This document shows, one piece after another, positions 1 through 9,999 of a stretch of DNA of 64,000 nt; within the stretch, counting starts at the first letter, position 1, and each line of letters opens with the position of its first letter. The notes under the pieces are model-generated. The model was not told the origin of the DNA, searched no databases, and saw only the letters and a list, made by a program, of their open reading frames with translations. Source of the stretch: Gammaproteobacteria bacterium (GTDB lineage: Bacteria; Pseudomonadota; Gammaproteobacteria; Ga0077536); assembly GCA_009692265.1 (NCBI GenBank), contig SHZM01000012.1, positions 4,273 to 68,272 of the forward strand. Reading direction: 5' to 3'. The translations under genes were made by a program, and so were the position numbers.

Positions 1-973
1 AGGTGAGTTCGGTGATGACACAGGCCTGATCGGCCTGCCGATAACGCGTCTTGGCGTAACACCGAAAAGGCGTTACGGGCGGTTCTCCTGCCACCCAACT
101 GAGTTGATCGGCGCACAGCTGTTGGCTTAGCAACGCGGGATGATCGTGACCCTGGGCCACAATAAGTTCATTCGCGCCAACCTCCTTGCGGACCACGTAC
201 CAGGCGCCTTCCGATGCACCTTTGACCCCACCGATCCGCAAGCCTTCGCGTTGTCCAAGAGTGTAATAGACGACCCCGGCGTGCTCGCCGATCGTCCGGC
301 CCGCAAGGGTTCTGATGTGCCCTGGTTGTGCGGGCAGGTAGCGGCTTAGAAATGTTCGAAATCGCTGCTCGCCAATAAAGCAGATTCCGGTGCTGTCCTT
401 TTTGTTGAAGGTGATGAGACTAGCGTGTTGGGCGTCTTGCCGGACTTGCGGTTTCTCCAGATCACCCACTGGGAATAACGTCTTTGTCAGTTGCGATTGT
501 CCCAGGGTGTAGAGGAAGTAGCTCTGATCTTTATTGTGGTCTTGGCCCTTCAACAATTGGAGTCTACCGTCGGAGCGACCAATGCGCGCGTAATGACCTG
601 TCGCGATGTAATCTCCACCAAGCGCATGAGCGTGCGCGAGAAACGCTTTGAACTTCACTTCTCGGTTACACAGGATATCGGGGTTTGGCGTGCGGCCGCG
701 CGCGTATTCGGCCAAGAAATCGGCGAACACACTGTCCCAGTAGGCTTGCGATAAATCGACCGTGTTCAACGGGATATCGAGGCGCTCGCAGACCTCAAGC
801 GCGTCGGCGACATCGTCTTCCCAGCGACAATGCCCGTCCTCGTTGGGATCGTTCCAATTTTTCATGAAGACCGCGGACACGCGATAACCGGCACGTTTTA
901 GGCGCAACGCGCTTACTGACGAATCCACCCCGCCGGATATCGCAACGACTAAGTGCGCGTCCGCGGCAGGCAC
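1..973 (-). CDS. mnmA: tRNA 2-thiouridine(34) synthase MnmA; the 3' end is cut by the window edge
   Basis: Not in the ORF track because it is open at the window edge. My reverse-strand translation reads [30 protein letters not shown]...[18 protein letters not shown]...KDQSYFLY, which contains the PP-loop SGGVDSS and MnmA signatures. The likely start is GTG at 973; an alternative GTG is at 1003. Confidence 0.85.
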   Translation of the reverse strand, partial: MPAADAHLVVAISGGVDSSVSALRLKRAGYRVSAVFMKNWNDPNEDGHCRWEDDVADALEVCERLDIPLNTVDLSQAYWDSVFADFLAEYARGRTPNPDILCNREVKFKAFLAHAHALGGDYIATGHYARIGRSDGRLQLLKGQDHNKDQSYFLYTLGQSQLTKTLFPVGDLEKPQVRQDAQHASLITFNKKDSTGICFIGEQRFRTFLSRYLPAQPGHIRTLAGRTIGEHAGVVYYTLGQREGLRIGGVKGASEGAWYVVRKEVGANELIVAQGHDHPALLSQQLCADQLSWVAGEPPVTPFRCYAKTRYRQADQACVITELT

Positions 974-1007
974 TGGACCGCTTAAGAAAGATAAAGGAGG
1001 CACTGCT

Positions 1008-1466
1008 TTAGAAACGGAGATCGTTTATCAACGACAGTGGATGACGCTTGCCGGTGAGATAATCATCAACGCAGCGCAACACCAGCGGGCTTCGGTGCCT
1101 GGCGCTTTGCTCAGCGAGTTCGTCCCGAGTCATCCATAAAGCGCGCAGAATTTCAGTGTCTAGCGCACGGTCCGGGTAATGTTTGACGAGTGCGGCGTGA
1201 AAGCAATAACGCACGTACGTTGTCGTGCTCCCAGGTGGTTCCATTAGATAGATCCCAACGAGCCCCAATGGCGCGATCTCGCAGCCGGCTTCTTCAAGGG
1301 TTTCACGTTGTACCGCTTGAAGTAAGGTTTCGTCAGGATCGAGATGTCCGGCCGGCTGATTGAAGACCGCGCGGCCGTCGTTCAATTCTTCAACAAAGAG
1401 AAACCGGTGTTCAACCTCGACAATCGCCGCGACCACGGTGTTCGGCTTCCAAATATCGGTAGTCAT
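1008..1466 (-). CDS. NUDIX hydrolase
   Basis: 152 aa with a Nudix box, [22 protein letters not shown]. It lies immediately upstream of mnmA. Confidence 0.85.
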   Translation of the reverse strand: MTTDIWKPNTVVAAIVEVEHRFLFVEELNDGRAVFNQPAGHLDPDETLLQAVQRETLEEAGCEIAPLGLVGIYLMEPPGSTTTYVRYCFHAALVKHYPDRALDTEILRALWMTRDELAEQSARHRSPLVLRCVDDYLTGKRHPLSLINDLRF

Positions 1467-4400
1467 TAAAGTCGTTCCACTTTGGGTGAGTCCCAGGTGC
1501 CGGTGATGGAATAGCGCTTTTGCAGAAATTTATCCACCTGATCCGGGAGATCCTTAAAAACTTTTTGCCCCAGATAGATCGCAGCCCCGACGCCAATCCC
1601 GGCTGGCCCAAATAAGGCGCTCGCAAGCGGGATGCTTTTTGATAATGCCGGCGTCACGATTGCGCGTTGATCGTAGTCTTTCAGAGCGAGCCCGGTTCGC
1701 CCTGTAATTTCTACTTTCGCCGACGGACCTTCCATCAGCAGGCTATTGGTATAGGCATTTCCGGCTTCTAGTTCAAACCATCCTTCGATGCGATCGAAGA
1801 CGAATCCCTTTTTGAACAGATCGGCAAAATCCAACGACAAGCGACGGGGTAGAGTTTGGAGACTGAGTAATCCAAATAAACGACCACTGCCGGGTTCTAT
1901 ATCGAGGAATCGCCCTTTGCCCACCCGTAGATTGAGCTTGCCATCGAGTTGATCCAAGGTGAAATCCGCAGGAGTTCCTGGCCAGGTAGCTTCCAGATTG
2001 ATTTTGGTTTTGCCCTCGTTGATCGCTTTCGCGTTGTAGCCAAAACGCTGCAGCAAGGGGCCTAACTCGTCTCCTTGAAGTGCAATGCTAAATTGCGAGT
2101 GTTGGTCATTGTCGTTGCCAACCCATTCGCCGGTCGCTTGCAGCACGAACGCAGGATTTTGAAAACGTAAGGAGTCGATCCGCATTCCATTGGTGACGCG
2201 CGTGGTCGCCAAAGTTGCTTGACCGAGATCGATCTCGCCGTACTTGCAGGACGCGCACGTAACTTCAAGCGGCGGTAGGTCGCGAGGATTGAAGGTGGAC
2301 GGTTGATCTCTGCCACTCGGCGTCGCGCGTTTCAGCCATAGTCTTTCAAAATTCACGGTAACAGGGGCGCTGGTATTGCGTCGGGGTAGGGTGATTTCTC
2401 CTGCGACGTGATCGCTGTTTAATTTAACCTGCCACCTAAGATTGTCCTTAGCGCCCGCGAGTTGAACATCCTCAAGTACCTGCCCACGTGTTGTTAGCTT
2501 CGCCACTTCGAGATCGAAGCCAATGGCTAGTTCATTCGCGCTAGGTGCGTCGGTACGAAATAACGACGCCCATTCGTTAAGTACTAAGGTTTCAACCTTC
2601 CCGTGCAAGTAGATTCCCGGATGATCGAACACCGCGCCCGCCGAAGTACCGAAGGCCGCGTCCACTTGAGTCATCCGCGGGCCGCTCACCGCCGCCTCGT
2701 ATCGCAGTGCGAGTTGAACGTTGTCGCCGAAATCGATCTGCGCCGTTTGCTGGCCGTTATTGCCGAGCGGCATCTGAATTTTCAAAATCGAGTGTTCGGC
2801 CTCCGCTTTGCCAAACGGCCACGGTAGCGCGATGCCTAAGCCGGCGAGGCTCGATTCGAGTACGAGGTTGCTGGTGGGTGCGGTATCGTCGGCGCGCGGG
2901 AACGTCAGAACGGCCTTCCAGGGCGTACTCCCGGTGATCCCCGGCAGCTTACCGTGAGCCTCTAGCCACTGATGAACCGCGGGTACGAATCGCGCGATTA
3001 CTTTTTTAACTTCGTCGGCGCGCGTGGTGCCGGTTACACGGAATTCCGTGTCGTAATTCGGATCCCCGACGCCACCGGTGGCGACGATCCCGATGCGCTG
3101 TCCGGCCAGTGTGGCCGTCAGGTCCTCGCCGTACCAATCGTCGTGGGTAAAGCTCACGCGACCGCGCAGATCTTCCAACTCGACCTGGTAAGGTTTGGAT
3201 CGCACTCGATTACCATCAAAGGTGACGCTGCCGAGGGTTGTACGCGTGGCGTGGGGATATAGACCCAACCGAAGATCCAGTGCCAGATCGAATTGCCCGT
3301 CGACTTCGAGTGTTGCGAGTTGCGTCGCTGCGTTAGATTTGAGCGGACTTTCACGCAAGGTCGTTAGCGCGTCATCGAGTGACGCGCGCACTATGCCGGT
3401 GACCGCGAGCACCGGTTTTTTAGCAAACACCTCGGGGACTGAGAAGCTCGCACCTATAAGAGGTGAGGTGAGGAAACTTGCGGCCGTCAGGGTGCCATCG
3501 AGACGGCCGTTGGTAATCTCCGCGCTTCCGCTCAAGCCGGTAGCATCCGGCCAGCCTGCGGCATAGTGCAAATGAACGTTATCTACACTTAAGGTGACCC
3601 GGAGCGGTTGGTCCCCATCTTGCGCCATTTTGGAGTCCGGTGCTTCGTCGACGGTGAACGAGGCGCCTTCAAGGACACCATCACGAAACGCGGCACGCAA
3701 CCAGTGGTCGCCGCGCGGATGCATTAGCGTTGTCGGGACCAGTTGAGCGAACTTGGTGATATCGCCAGTGCCCACGAAAGCCGACAGACGCGCGATCGAT
3801 GAGTGGCCGTCGGTTAGCCGCGTGACCGCGTCGAGACTTACCGGCAGGTCATTCGCGAAACCACTGAGGGTAGTTTTCGCGATCACTTCTACTCCGGGGT
3901 TGGAGGTCCACTGCGCGACGCCGTTGAGTGCGCTGATCTTGAGCGGCGATACCAACGTTACCGGATCCTGAATCGTCGCGTTAGCGTTGTTTAGCGCCAG
4001 GGTGCCGCCCTGCCTATTGCCGGCAAAATGCGCCGCAAAATCCTTTAGTCGAAATCTTGAATTTGCAGGTCGCAGGTCAAAATTTCTGACTGAACCCGCC
4101 ACATAAGTCTGCTGCGCGGTGGACCCGAGTCGCAGATCCCGGATTTCGCCGACCGGCCGGTAGTTGGCCAAGGACTCGCTAAGCGTGGCGAACGTCGGAG
4201 GCAACCAAGCACTCGCCCACGACAGGGTTCCCAATGGCATTCGGTCGGCCGTGAGGCGCACGTTCAGCGACTCCTGGCGCTCGATCACGGCGCGCCAATC
4301 GACTGCGGAGCCTGGGTTCTCGTGGGTATCTATCCGCGTGATTGCCACCGACATCGCGGTCGGTTCAATCACAGCCTGTCCATGCAGACCAAGGGGTGCA

Positions 4401-5236
4401 AAGCGCGAGTGCTTGGCTTCCATATCGATATTGTCAAACCCGAACAGTAAGCGCGCGCGCCGTGGCGATGTCGCCAGATAACGCAACTCCGCGTCAGCGC
4501 GAAAACTCGCCACGTCCGGTCGCTTCAGTTGAAGACGCTCGGCAAGGGTGACGAGATCAAGCTGTTCCCCAACCAAGCGAACATCTAGTGCTCGCGACAT
4601 GTTGTGACGAGTCAATTGCATTTCGAAATCCACTCCAGCGGCGACGAGATCAACGTGAGTCGCGCGCCCGCGAATAGAAATGCGGTTGTCGCGCGCGTCG
4701 AAACGCAGCGAAACGGACACGGCACGAATGGGTGGAAGGGACAGAGTTTCGTCGACGAAAACGAGGTCTGCATCGGTAATCAGCAAATTCTGCTGTGTTA
4801 CCAGCCAGTCGAGAAATTTTGTATCGCTATTAGCGAAACCCTTTACCGCCCATTTTCCGGTTTGTTGGCGTACCACGGTCAGGGCCAGTCCGCTCAGCGT
4901 GATATCCCGTAACGCAGGTCGCCCCTCGCGCAGACTCGCCCACAGCCCAATATGCGCTTGCGCGTGTTCAAAGCGCAGCACTTCGGAGCGCATCGCATCG
5001 GAACTTAAGATCTGAATTGCGTGGGCTCTCACCGTTGGCATTCCGCGCTCCAACGAGGTTTCGAGAGCGCCTATTTCGAGCGACGCACCGACCAAATGAG
5101 AGACCCATTCGGCGACGAGCGCACGGTCGCGATCCAGCCGAGGCATGATCGCGCGCAACCCGGAGACGACGACGGCGGCGACGATGATCACGGCAGCGAC
5201 GATATTCCATGCCAGGCGAAAGTTCAGGCGCACCAC
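1466..5236 (-). CDS. yhdP: YhdP-family (AsmA-like) large envelope protein
   Basis: 1256 aa with an N-terminal TM helix. It lies directly downstream of rng, as in enterobacterial rng-yhdP synteny. The size and C-terminal region are typical of the YhdP family. Confidence 0.75.
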   Translation of the reverse strand: MVRLNFRLAWNIVAAVIIVAAVVVSGLRAIMPRLDRDRALVAEWVSHLVGASLEIGALETSLERGMPTVRAHAIQILSSDAMRSEVLRFEHAQAHIGLWASLREGRPALRDITLSGLALTVVRQQTGKWAVKGFANSDTKFLDWLVTQQNLLITDADLVFVDETLSLPPIRAVSVSLRFDARDNRISIRGRATHVDLVAAGVDFEMQLTRHNMSRALDVRLVGEQLDLVTLAERLQLKRPDVASFRADAELRYLATSPRRARLLFGFDNIDMEAKHSRFAPLGLHGQAVIEPTAMSVAITRIDTHENPGSAVDWRAVIERQESLNVRLTADRMPLGTLSWASAWLPPTFATLSESLANYRPVGEIRDLRLGSTAQQTYVAGSVRNFDLRPANSRFRLKDFAAHFAGNRQGGTLALNNANATIQDPVTLVSPLKISALNGVAQWTSNPGVEVIAKTTLSGFANDLPVSLDAVTRLTDGHSSIARLSAFVGTGDITKFAQLVPTTLMHPRGDHWLRAAFRDGVLEGASFTVDEAPDSKMAQDGDQPLRVTLSVDNVHLHYAAGWPDATGLSGSAEITNGRLDGTLTAASFLTSPLIGASFSVPEVFAKKPVLAVTGIVRASLDDALTTLRESPLKSNAATQLATLEVDGQFDLALDLRLGLYPHATRTTLGSVTFDGNRVRSKPYQVELEDLRGRVSFTHDDWYGEDLTATLAGQRIGIVATGGVGDPNYDTEFRVTGTTRADEVKKVIARFVPAVHQWLEAHGKLPGITGSTPWKAVLTFPRADDTAPTSNLVLESSLAGLGIALPWPFGKAEAEHSILKIQMPLGNNGQQTAQIDFGDNVQLALRYEAAVSGPRMTQVDAAFGTSAGAVFDHPGIYLHGKVETLVLNEWASLFRTDAPSANELAIGFDLEVAKLTTRGQVLEDVQLAGAKDNLRWQVKLNSDHVAGEITLPRRNTSAPVTVNFERLWLKRATPSGRDQPSTFNPRDLPPLEVTCASCKYGEIDLGQATLATTRVTNGMRIDSLRFQNPAFVLQATGEWVGNDNDQHSQFSIALQGDELGPLLQRFGYNAKAINEGKTKINLEATWPGTPADFTLDQLDGKLNLRVGKGRFLDIEPGSGRLFGLLSLQTLPRRLSLDFADLFKKGFVFDRIEGWFELEAGNAYTNSLLMEGPSAKVEITGRTGLALKDYDQRAIVTPALSKSIPLASALFGPAGIGVGAAIYLGQKVFKDLPDQVDKFLQKRYSITGTWDSPKVERL

Positions 5237-5245
5237 GATGGCTTG

Positions 5246-6769
5246 TTAGAGCAACACGACGTCGTATTGCTCTTGGGTGTACGTCGTCTCGACCTGGAAA
5301 CGGATTGGTATTCCGATGAATTCTTCGAGTTCGGCGATGCTGGTGGATTCTTCGTCGAGCAGTAGATCGACGACGTTCTGCCCGGCGACCACGAGCAGCT
5401 TTTGCGCATCGAATTGGCGCTGCTCACGCAGAATTTCGCGAAAAATCTCGTAGCAGACCGTTTCGGCGGATTTGATGGAGCCGCGCGCGCTACAGGTTGG
5501 GCACGGTTCGCATAAAACATGCTCTAAACTTTCACGGGTACGCTTACGAGTGATTTGAACCAACCCAAGTGATGTGACATCGCTAACGGTGATTTTCGAG
5601 TGATCGCGATCGAGGCTTTTCTCCAACGCGCGTAAAACCTGCCGGCGATGCTCGTCTTCGGTCATGTCAATGAAGTCGACGATGATAATACCGCCGAGAT
5701 TTCTTAACCTGAGTTGTCGCGCTATTGCTTGTGCCGCCTCAAGGTTGGTTTTGAAGGTTGTCTCTTCGAGGTTGCGGTGACCGACAAAGCCTCCGGTATT
5801 CACATCAATGGTCGTCATCGCTTCGGTCTGGTCTATGACTAGGTGGCCACCGGATTTCAGATCGACTTTGCGTTGCAGCGCGCGCTGAATTTCATCTTCG
5901 ATCGAATAAAGATCCAGGATTGGTCGTTCGCCAGGGTAATGTTCTATCCGCGCTACGAGATCAGGTGTGAACTCTTCAGCAAACGCGTGGGCTTTGACAA
6001 AAGTCTCACGCGAATCAATACGGATTTTCTCGGCGTGGGTAGCGGACAAATCGCGCAAGATCCGCAGCACCAGTGGTAGATCTTCGTAAACTACCGCGGT
6101 TGCTTGCAGGTGTTTAATTCGTTCTTCGATCGATCCCCACAGCCGGCGCAGGAATAACATGTCGGCGTGTAGATCGGCGGCATTAGCTCCTTCGGCCGCT
6201 GTTCGCACGATGAAGCCACCGTTGGTCGGATCGCCGACGGCGACGCTGGGAGTTTTTGCTTCGCTGAGGGGAACGCTCAGCGGATTCAAATTTGGTTGTA
6301 GCTCAAGAATGACATCACGCAGTCGGCGTCGTTCGTCTTCGTTTTCGATCCGCTGCGAGATTCCAAGCGAATTGGAATCCGGCATGAAGACCAGATAACG
6401 CGATGGAATGCTGAGGTAGGTTGTAAGGCGCGCGCCCTTCGTGCCGAGTGGTTCCTTCGCAACTTGCACGAGCACCTGTGTGCCTTCGTGCGCAACCTGC
6501 TCGATCGGGACATCGTGTCCGCATTGCAGTTTGCGTTGCTCGGCCGCGACGATGTCGGAGACGTGTAGAAACGCAGCACGTTCGAGGCCGATATCGACGA
6601 AAGCGGCCCCCATCCCTGGGAGCACCCGCTTGACGCGCCCGAGATACATATTGCCGACAAAGCCGCGCCGCCGACTACGTTCGATCGACACTTCCTGAAG
6701 GACGCCATTTTCGATAAAAGCGACTCGGGTCTCCTGCGGAGTGACGTTAACCAGTATTTCTTCAGACAT
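5246..6769 (-). CDS. rng: Ribonuclease G
   Basis: 507 aa. The N-terminal S1 domain reads ILVNVTPQETRVAFIENGVLQEV...GNMYLGRVKRVLPGMGAAFVDIG, and an RNase E/G catalytic core follows. Confidence 0.9.
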   Translation of the reverse strand: MSEEILVNVTPQETRVAFIENGVLQEVSIERSRRRGFVGNMYLGRVKRVLPGMGAAFVDIGLERAAFLHVSDIVAAEQRKLQCGHDVPIEQVAHEGTQVLVQVAKEPLGTKGARLTTYLSIPSRYLVFMPDSNSLGISQRIENEDERRRLRDVILELQPNLNPLSVPLSEAKTPSVAVGDPTNGGFIVRTAAEGANAADLHADMLFLRRLWGSIEERIKHLQATAVVYEDLPLVLRILRDLSATHAEKIRIDSRETFVKAHAFAEEFTPDLVARIEHYPGERPILDLYSIEDEIQRALQRKVDLKSGGHLVIDQTEAMTTIDVNTGGFVGHRNLEETTFKTNLEAAQAIARQLRLRNLGGIIIVDFIDMTEDEHRRQVLRALEKSLDRDHSKITVSDVTSLGLVQITRKRTRESLEHVLCEPCPTCSARGSIKSAETVCYEIFREILREQRQFDAQKLLVVAGQNVVDLLLDEESTSIAELEEFIGIPIRFQVETTYTQEQYDVVLL

Positions 6770-7113
6770 GCTATGGGGTGCTCAGAGTATTGCCGTGATG
6801 ACCCAACCGTGGGTGCTTATAGGGAAACGCGAATCTTGCTTTACTCCATAGTTTTCAATGAACTGAAAAGTAGCGGTGCATCCTGTGGCGGACACGGTTT
6901 ATTGGAGGCGCGTTTCGGTTGCCCGAGTTCACCCGGATGATCAGAACACTCACCTTGAAGCCAAGGTCAGCTAAAGATAACTAATTAATCTATAAGCGAC
7001 TATAGGGACTGCACCATGATTGAACTTGAGGTCGGCCGAGGCACCATCGTGGCTTCGCTAATCAGGCCACGGCGATCGACAATTTTTAGCTTTTACCCAG
7101 ACGCGTCCCGCGT

Positions 7114-7119
7114 ATAATC
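7114..7119 (+). promoter_or_regulatory. Possible -10 hexamer (TATAAT) upstream of the glgC-like gene
   Basis: A perfect TATAAT lies 16 nt before the ATG at 7136. There is no obvious Shine-Dalgarno sequence between them and the -35 element is weak. Confidence 0.25.
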
Positions 7120-7135
7120 CACGCCGCCCGACGCC

Positions 7136-8365
7136 ATGCACAATTCAAACACCCACGAAACACTGGTTCTCGTCCTCGCAATCGGGGATGGCAAACCCTT
7201 GCTGCCGCTAACCGCACGTCGCACTGCCGCGGCGCTGCCCTATGCCGGCAATTATCGGATCATCGATTTCGCGCTGACCAACTGCATGCATTCCGGTCTG
7301 CGTCGGATCAATGTCTTAACGCAATACAACGCGCTGTCGTTGCAAAATCACCTGCGGGCGGGTTGGTCGATTTTCAATACCGATCTTGGAGAATTCGTTA
7401 CCCCAGTCTCACCGCCGATCAATGAACATGTGTCGATCTATACCGGTCAGGCGAATGCCTTGTTTAATAACCTATACATACTCGCCAGTGCGCCCGAGGA
7501 CACTGTACTGCTGGTCTCGGGTGAGGAAATCTACCGCATGGATTATGCGGCGATGGTTGACTACCACCTTCAGCACAATGCCGACGTCACCATTGCCGCG
7601 ATCGATCGCGAGACCGCGCTCGGGGGCAGTTTTTCCGCGCACTTCGCCGCGGTCGACACCGAGCTAACCGAGATTGTCGGGTGCGCCCCCGCGACACCGT
7701 TGCCGCCGGAGAATGGGGCCTATGGCCCAATGGGTGTGTATGTCTTCAAGCGCCACGCACTGGTCGAGGCGTTGGTTCGCGTGGGTGCCGAGGGAACGAG
7801 TCAACTCGGTGTAATCGATTTAATTCGCCACGAATTTCTCGGCCGTGGGCGGATTTTTAGTTATCGTTTCGGCGGCGAGTACGGTCGAGTATCGCAGGAT
7901 CGGTATTGGCGAATGTTTGATAATCTCGATGATTATTACGATGCCAATATGGATCTTCTGAACCTCGATCCGCCGCTCGATATTTATCAAGCCGATTGGC
8001 CAATCCGCACCTACCAGCAGCAACGACCTCCGGCGCGTACCGTGCCTGGCCGCTCGTGCACAGAAGGGATTTGTGTCAATTCGATTGTCGCCGGCGGCAC
8101 GGTGATCGCTGGTGGAGGCGTAAGCCGAAGTGTGCTCGGCAATCGTGTGTATATCGATGATGGCGCGACTGTCGAAGATTCGATTCTATTCCTCGGTGTT
8201 ACCGTCGGCGAAGGCGCGCGAGTCCGTAACGCGATTTGCGATCGAAATGTACAGATCCCGCCCAACGAAAAGATCGGCCTGGACCGTGAACGTGATCAAG
8301 CGCGTTTTCTGGTTACACCGGGCGGCGTCGTGATAGTTCCGTCCAATTACCACTTCGACGTCTAA
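7136..8365 (+). CDS. glgC: Glucose-1-phosphate adenylyltransferase homologue (GlgC family) with degenerate catalytic motifs
   Basis: 409 aa with NTP-transferase and C-terminal left-handed beta-helix regions (YRIIDFALTNC, WPIRTY, hexapeptide repeats). The signature motifs are altered; see findings. Confidence 0.7.
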   Translation: MHNSNTHETLVLVLAIGDGKPLLPLTARRTAAALPYAGNYRIIDFALTNCMHSGLRRINVLTQYNALSLQNHLRAGWSIFNTDLGEFVTPVSPPINEHVSIYTGQANALFNNLYILASAPEDTVLLVSGEEIYRMDYAAMVDYHLQHNADVTIAAIDRETALGGSFSAHFAAVDTELTEIVGCAPATPLPPENGAYGPMGVYVFKRHALVEALVRVGAEGTSQLGVIDLIRHEFLGRGRIFSYRFGGEYGRVSQDRYWRMFDNLDDYYDANMDLLNLDPPLDIYQADWPIRTYQQQRPPARTVPGRSCTEGICVNSIVAGGTVIAGGGVSRSVLGNRVYIDDGATVEDSILFLGVTVGEGARVRNAICDRNVQIPPNEKIGLDRERDQARFLVTPGGVVIVPSNYHFDV

Positions 8366-8370
8366 CGCAC

Positions 8371-9816
8371 GTGGACTTCGAAGCCGTACTCGCCGCCATT
8401 CTGCCGCGCGGGGCGCTGCTGACCAGCGAAGAATCCAAGCGACCCTATGAGTGCGACGGTCTGTCGGCGTATCGCGCCCTGCCGCGCGCCGTGTGTCTAC
8501 CGCGTACGCGCGACGAGGTTCGACAGATCATCGCGGTGTGCGCTGAACACCGTGTTCCGCTGGTCCCGCGCGGCGCCGGGACGGGTCTATCAGGCGGCGC
8601 CTTGCCACTCACCGATGGGGTATTGCTGAGTCTAGCGCGGTTTAACCGAATTCTCGAGATCGATCCCGAGAATCGAATCGCAGTCGTTGAGCCAGGGGTG
8701 CGGAATCTTGCGATATCCGAAGCGGTGGCGGTGCACGGACTGTACTACGCGCCCGATCCCTCGTCCCAGATTGCTTGTTCGATCGGTGGCAATGTCGCGG
8801 AGAACTCTGGTGGCGTGCACTGTCTCAAGTACGGACTGACCGTCCACAATGTGCTCGGGGTAAAAATGTTCCTCAGCACGGGCGAGTGGATCGAACTTGG
8901 TGGTCGCACCGGTGATGCGCCCGGCCTTGACTTGTTAGCGGTGATAAACGGCTCCGAAGGGTTGCTCGGCGTGATTATGGAAATCACGGTCAAGTTATTG
9001 CCGCGACCACCAGTTGCCAAAGTATTGTTAGCGGCCTTCGACACTGTCGCGGCGGCAGGCGAGGCGGTCGCCGGCATTATTGAGGCTGGCGTTATTCCGG
9101 CGGGGCTGGAGATGATGGATCGCCTGGCGATTCAAGTCGCCGAAGAGTACTGCCACGCCGGCTACCCGCGTGACGCTGCGGCGATTCTATTGTGCGAACT
9201 TGATGGTCTGGAAGAAGAGGTTGCCGCGGAGATCGTGCGGGTTGAAGCTCTGCTGTGTCGCTTGGGGGCGATTGAGGTGCGCTGCTCGCGGGATGAAGCG
9301 GAACGGAGTCGCTTTTGGTTAGGTCGCAAATCGGCGTTCCCCGCGATCGGCCGGATCGCGCCGGACTATTACTGCATGGATGGCACCATCCCACGCCGTG
9401 AACTGTCACGTGTACTTACGCGGATCGCCGAACTGTCGCGAGAATCAGGTTTACTGATCGCGAACGTGTTTCACGCCGGCGACGGGAATCTTCACCCGTT
9501 GATTGCGTATGACGCGAACGACGACCAACAGTTGGCGATGGCGGAAGCGGTGGGTGGCAAAATTCTCGAAATCTGTATCGAAGTGGGCGGCACTGTCACC
9601 GGCGAGCATGGCGTTGGTGTCGAAAAACTCAACCAGATGTGCATTCAGTTTGGCACCCCGGAACTGGAATTATTTCATCGCCTGAAGGCGGCGTTCGATC
9701 CGCATACCCTATTGAATCCGGGTCGCGCGGTTCCGACTTTGCACCGCTGCGCGGAGTTTGGGGCGATGCATGTACACAGCGGCCAATTGCCGCATTCTGA
9801 TCTGCCGCGGTTTTGA
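8371..9816 (+). CDS. glcD: FAD-linked oxidase, GlcD / D-lactate dehydrogenase family
   Basis: 481 aa with a GTG start. It has the FAD-binding PCMH region (VPRGAGTGLSGGALP) and a C-terminal GEHGVG motif. No glcE or glcF is adjacent. Confidence 0.75.
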   Translation: MDFEAVLAAILPRGALLTSEESKRPYECDGLSAYRALPRAVCLPRTRDEVRQIIAVCAEHRVPLVPRGAGTGLSGGALPLTDGVLLSLARFNRILEIDPENRIAVVEPGVRNLAISEAVAVHGLYYAPDPSSQIACSIGGNVAENSGGVHCLKYGLTVHNVLGVKMFLSTGEWIELGGRTGDAPGLDLLAVINGSEGLLGVIMEITVKLLPRPPVAKVLLAAFDTVAAAGEAVAGIIEAGVIPAGLEMMDRLAIQVAEEYCHAGYPRDAAAILLCELDGLEEEVAAEIVRVEALLCRLGAIEVRCSRDEAERSRFWLGRKSAFPAIGRIAPDYYCMDGTIPRRELSRVLTRIAELSRESGLLIANVFHAGDGNLHPLIAYDANDDQQLAMAEAVGGKILEICIEVGGTVTGEHGVGVEKLNQMCIQFGTPELELFHRLKAAFDPHTLLNPGRAVPTLHRCAEFGAMHVHSGQLPHSDLPRF

Positions 9817-9999
9817 CGAACTGGGAAGAATTCGGCATTCGAGTTCTTATCAGATCAGCATTGCCTAACGGCTCATGCCACTCCCGTAGTGCGCAAGCGT
9901 CTCGCTTGGTTTGCACACTTGAACCACTTCGCGTTTCTGTCCTGTGAATGCAGCGTTGCGCATCGACATAACTCAGTTCGCGACCTCGCGCCTCGTCTG

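Noticed and set aside
1466-5236. Many 60-120 aa ORFs overlap yhdP on either strand, for example 2062..2316, 2603..2937, 3195..3566, 4164..4551, 4604..5015 and 4968..5210.
   Set aside because: They are embedded in or antisense to a long, well-supported CDS. Their Arg/Ser/Ala-rich, low-complexity translations are typical of spurious frames in GC-rich DNA.
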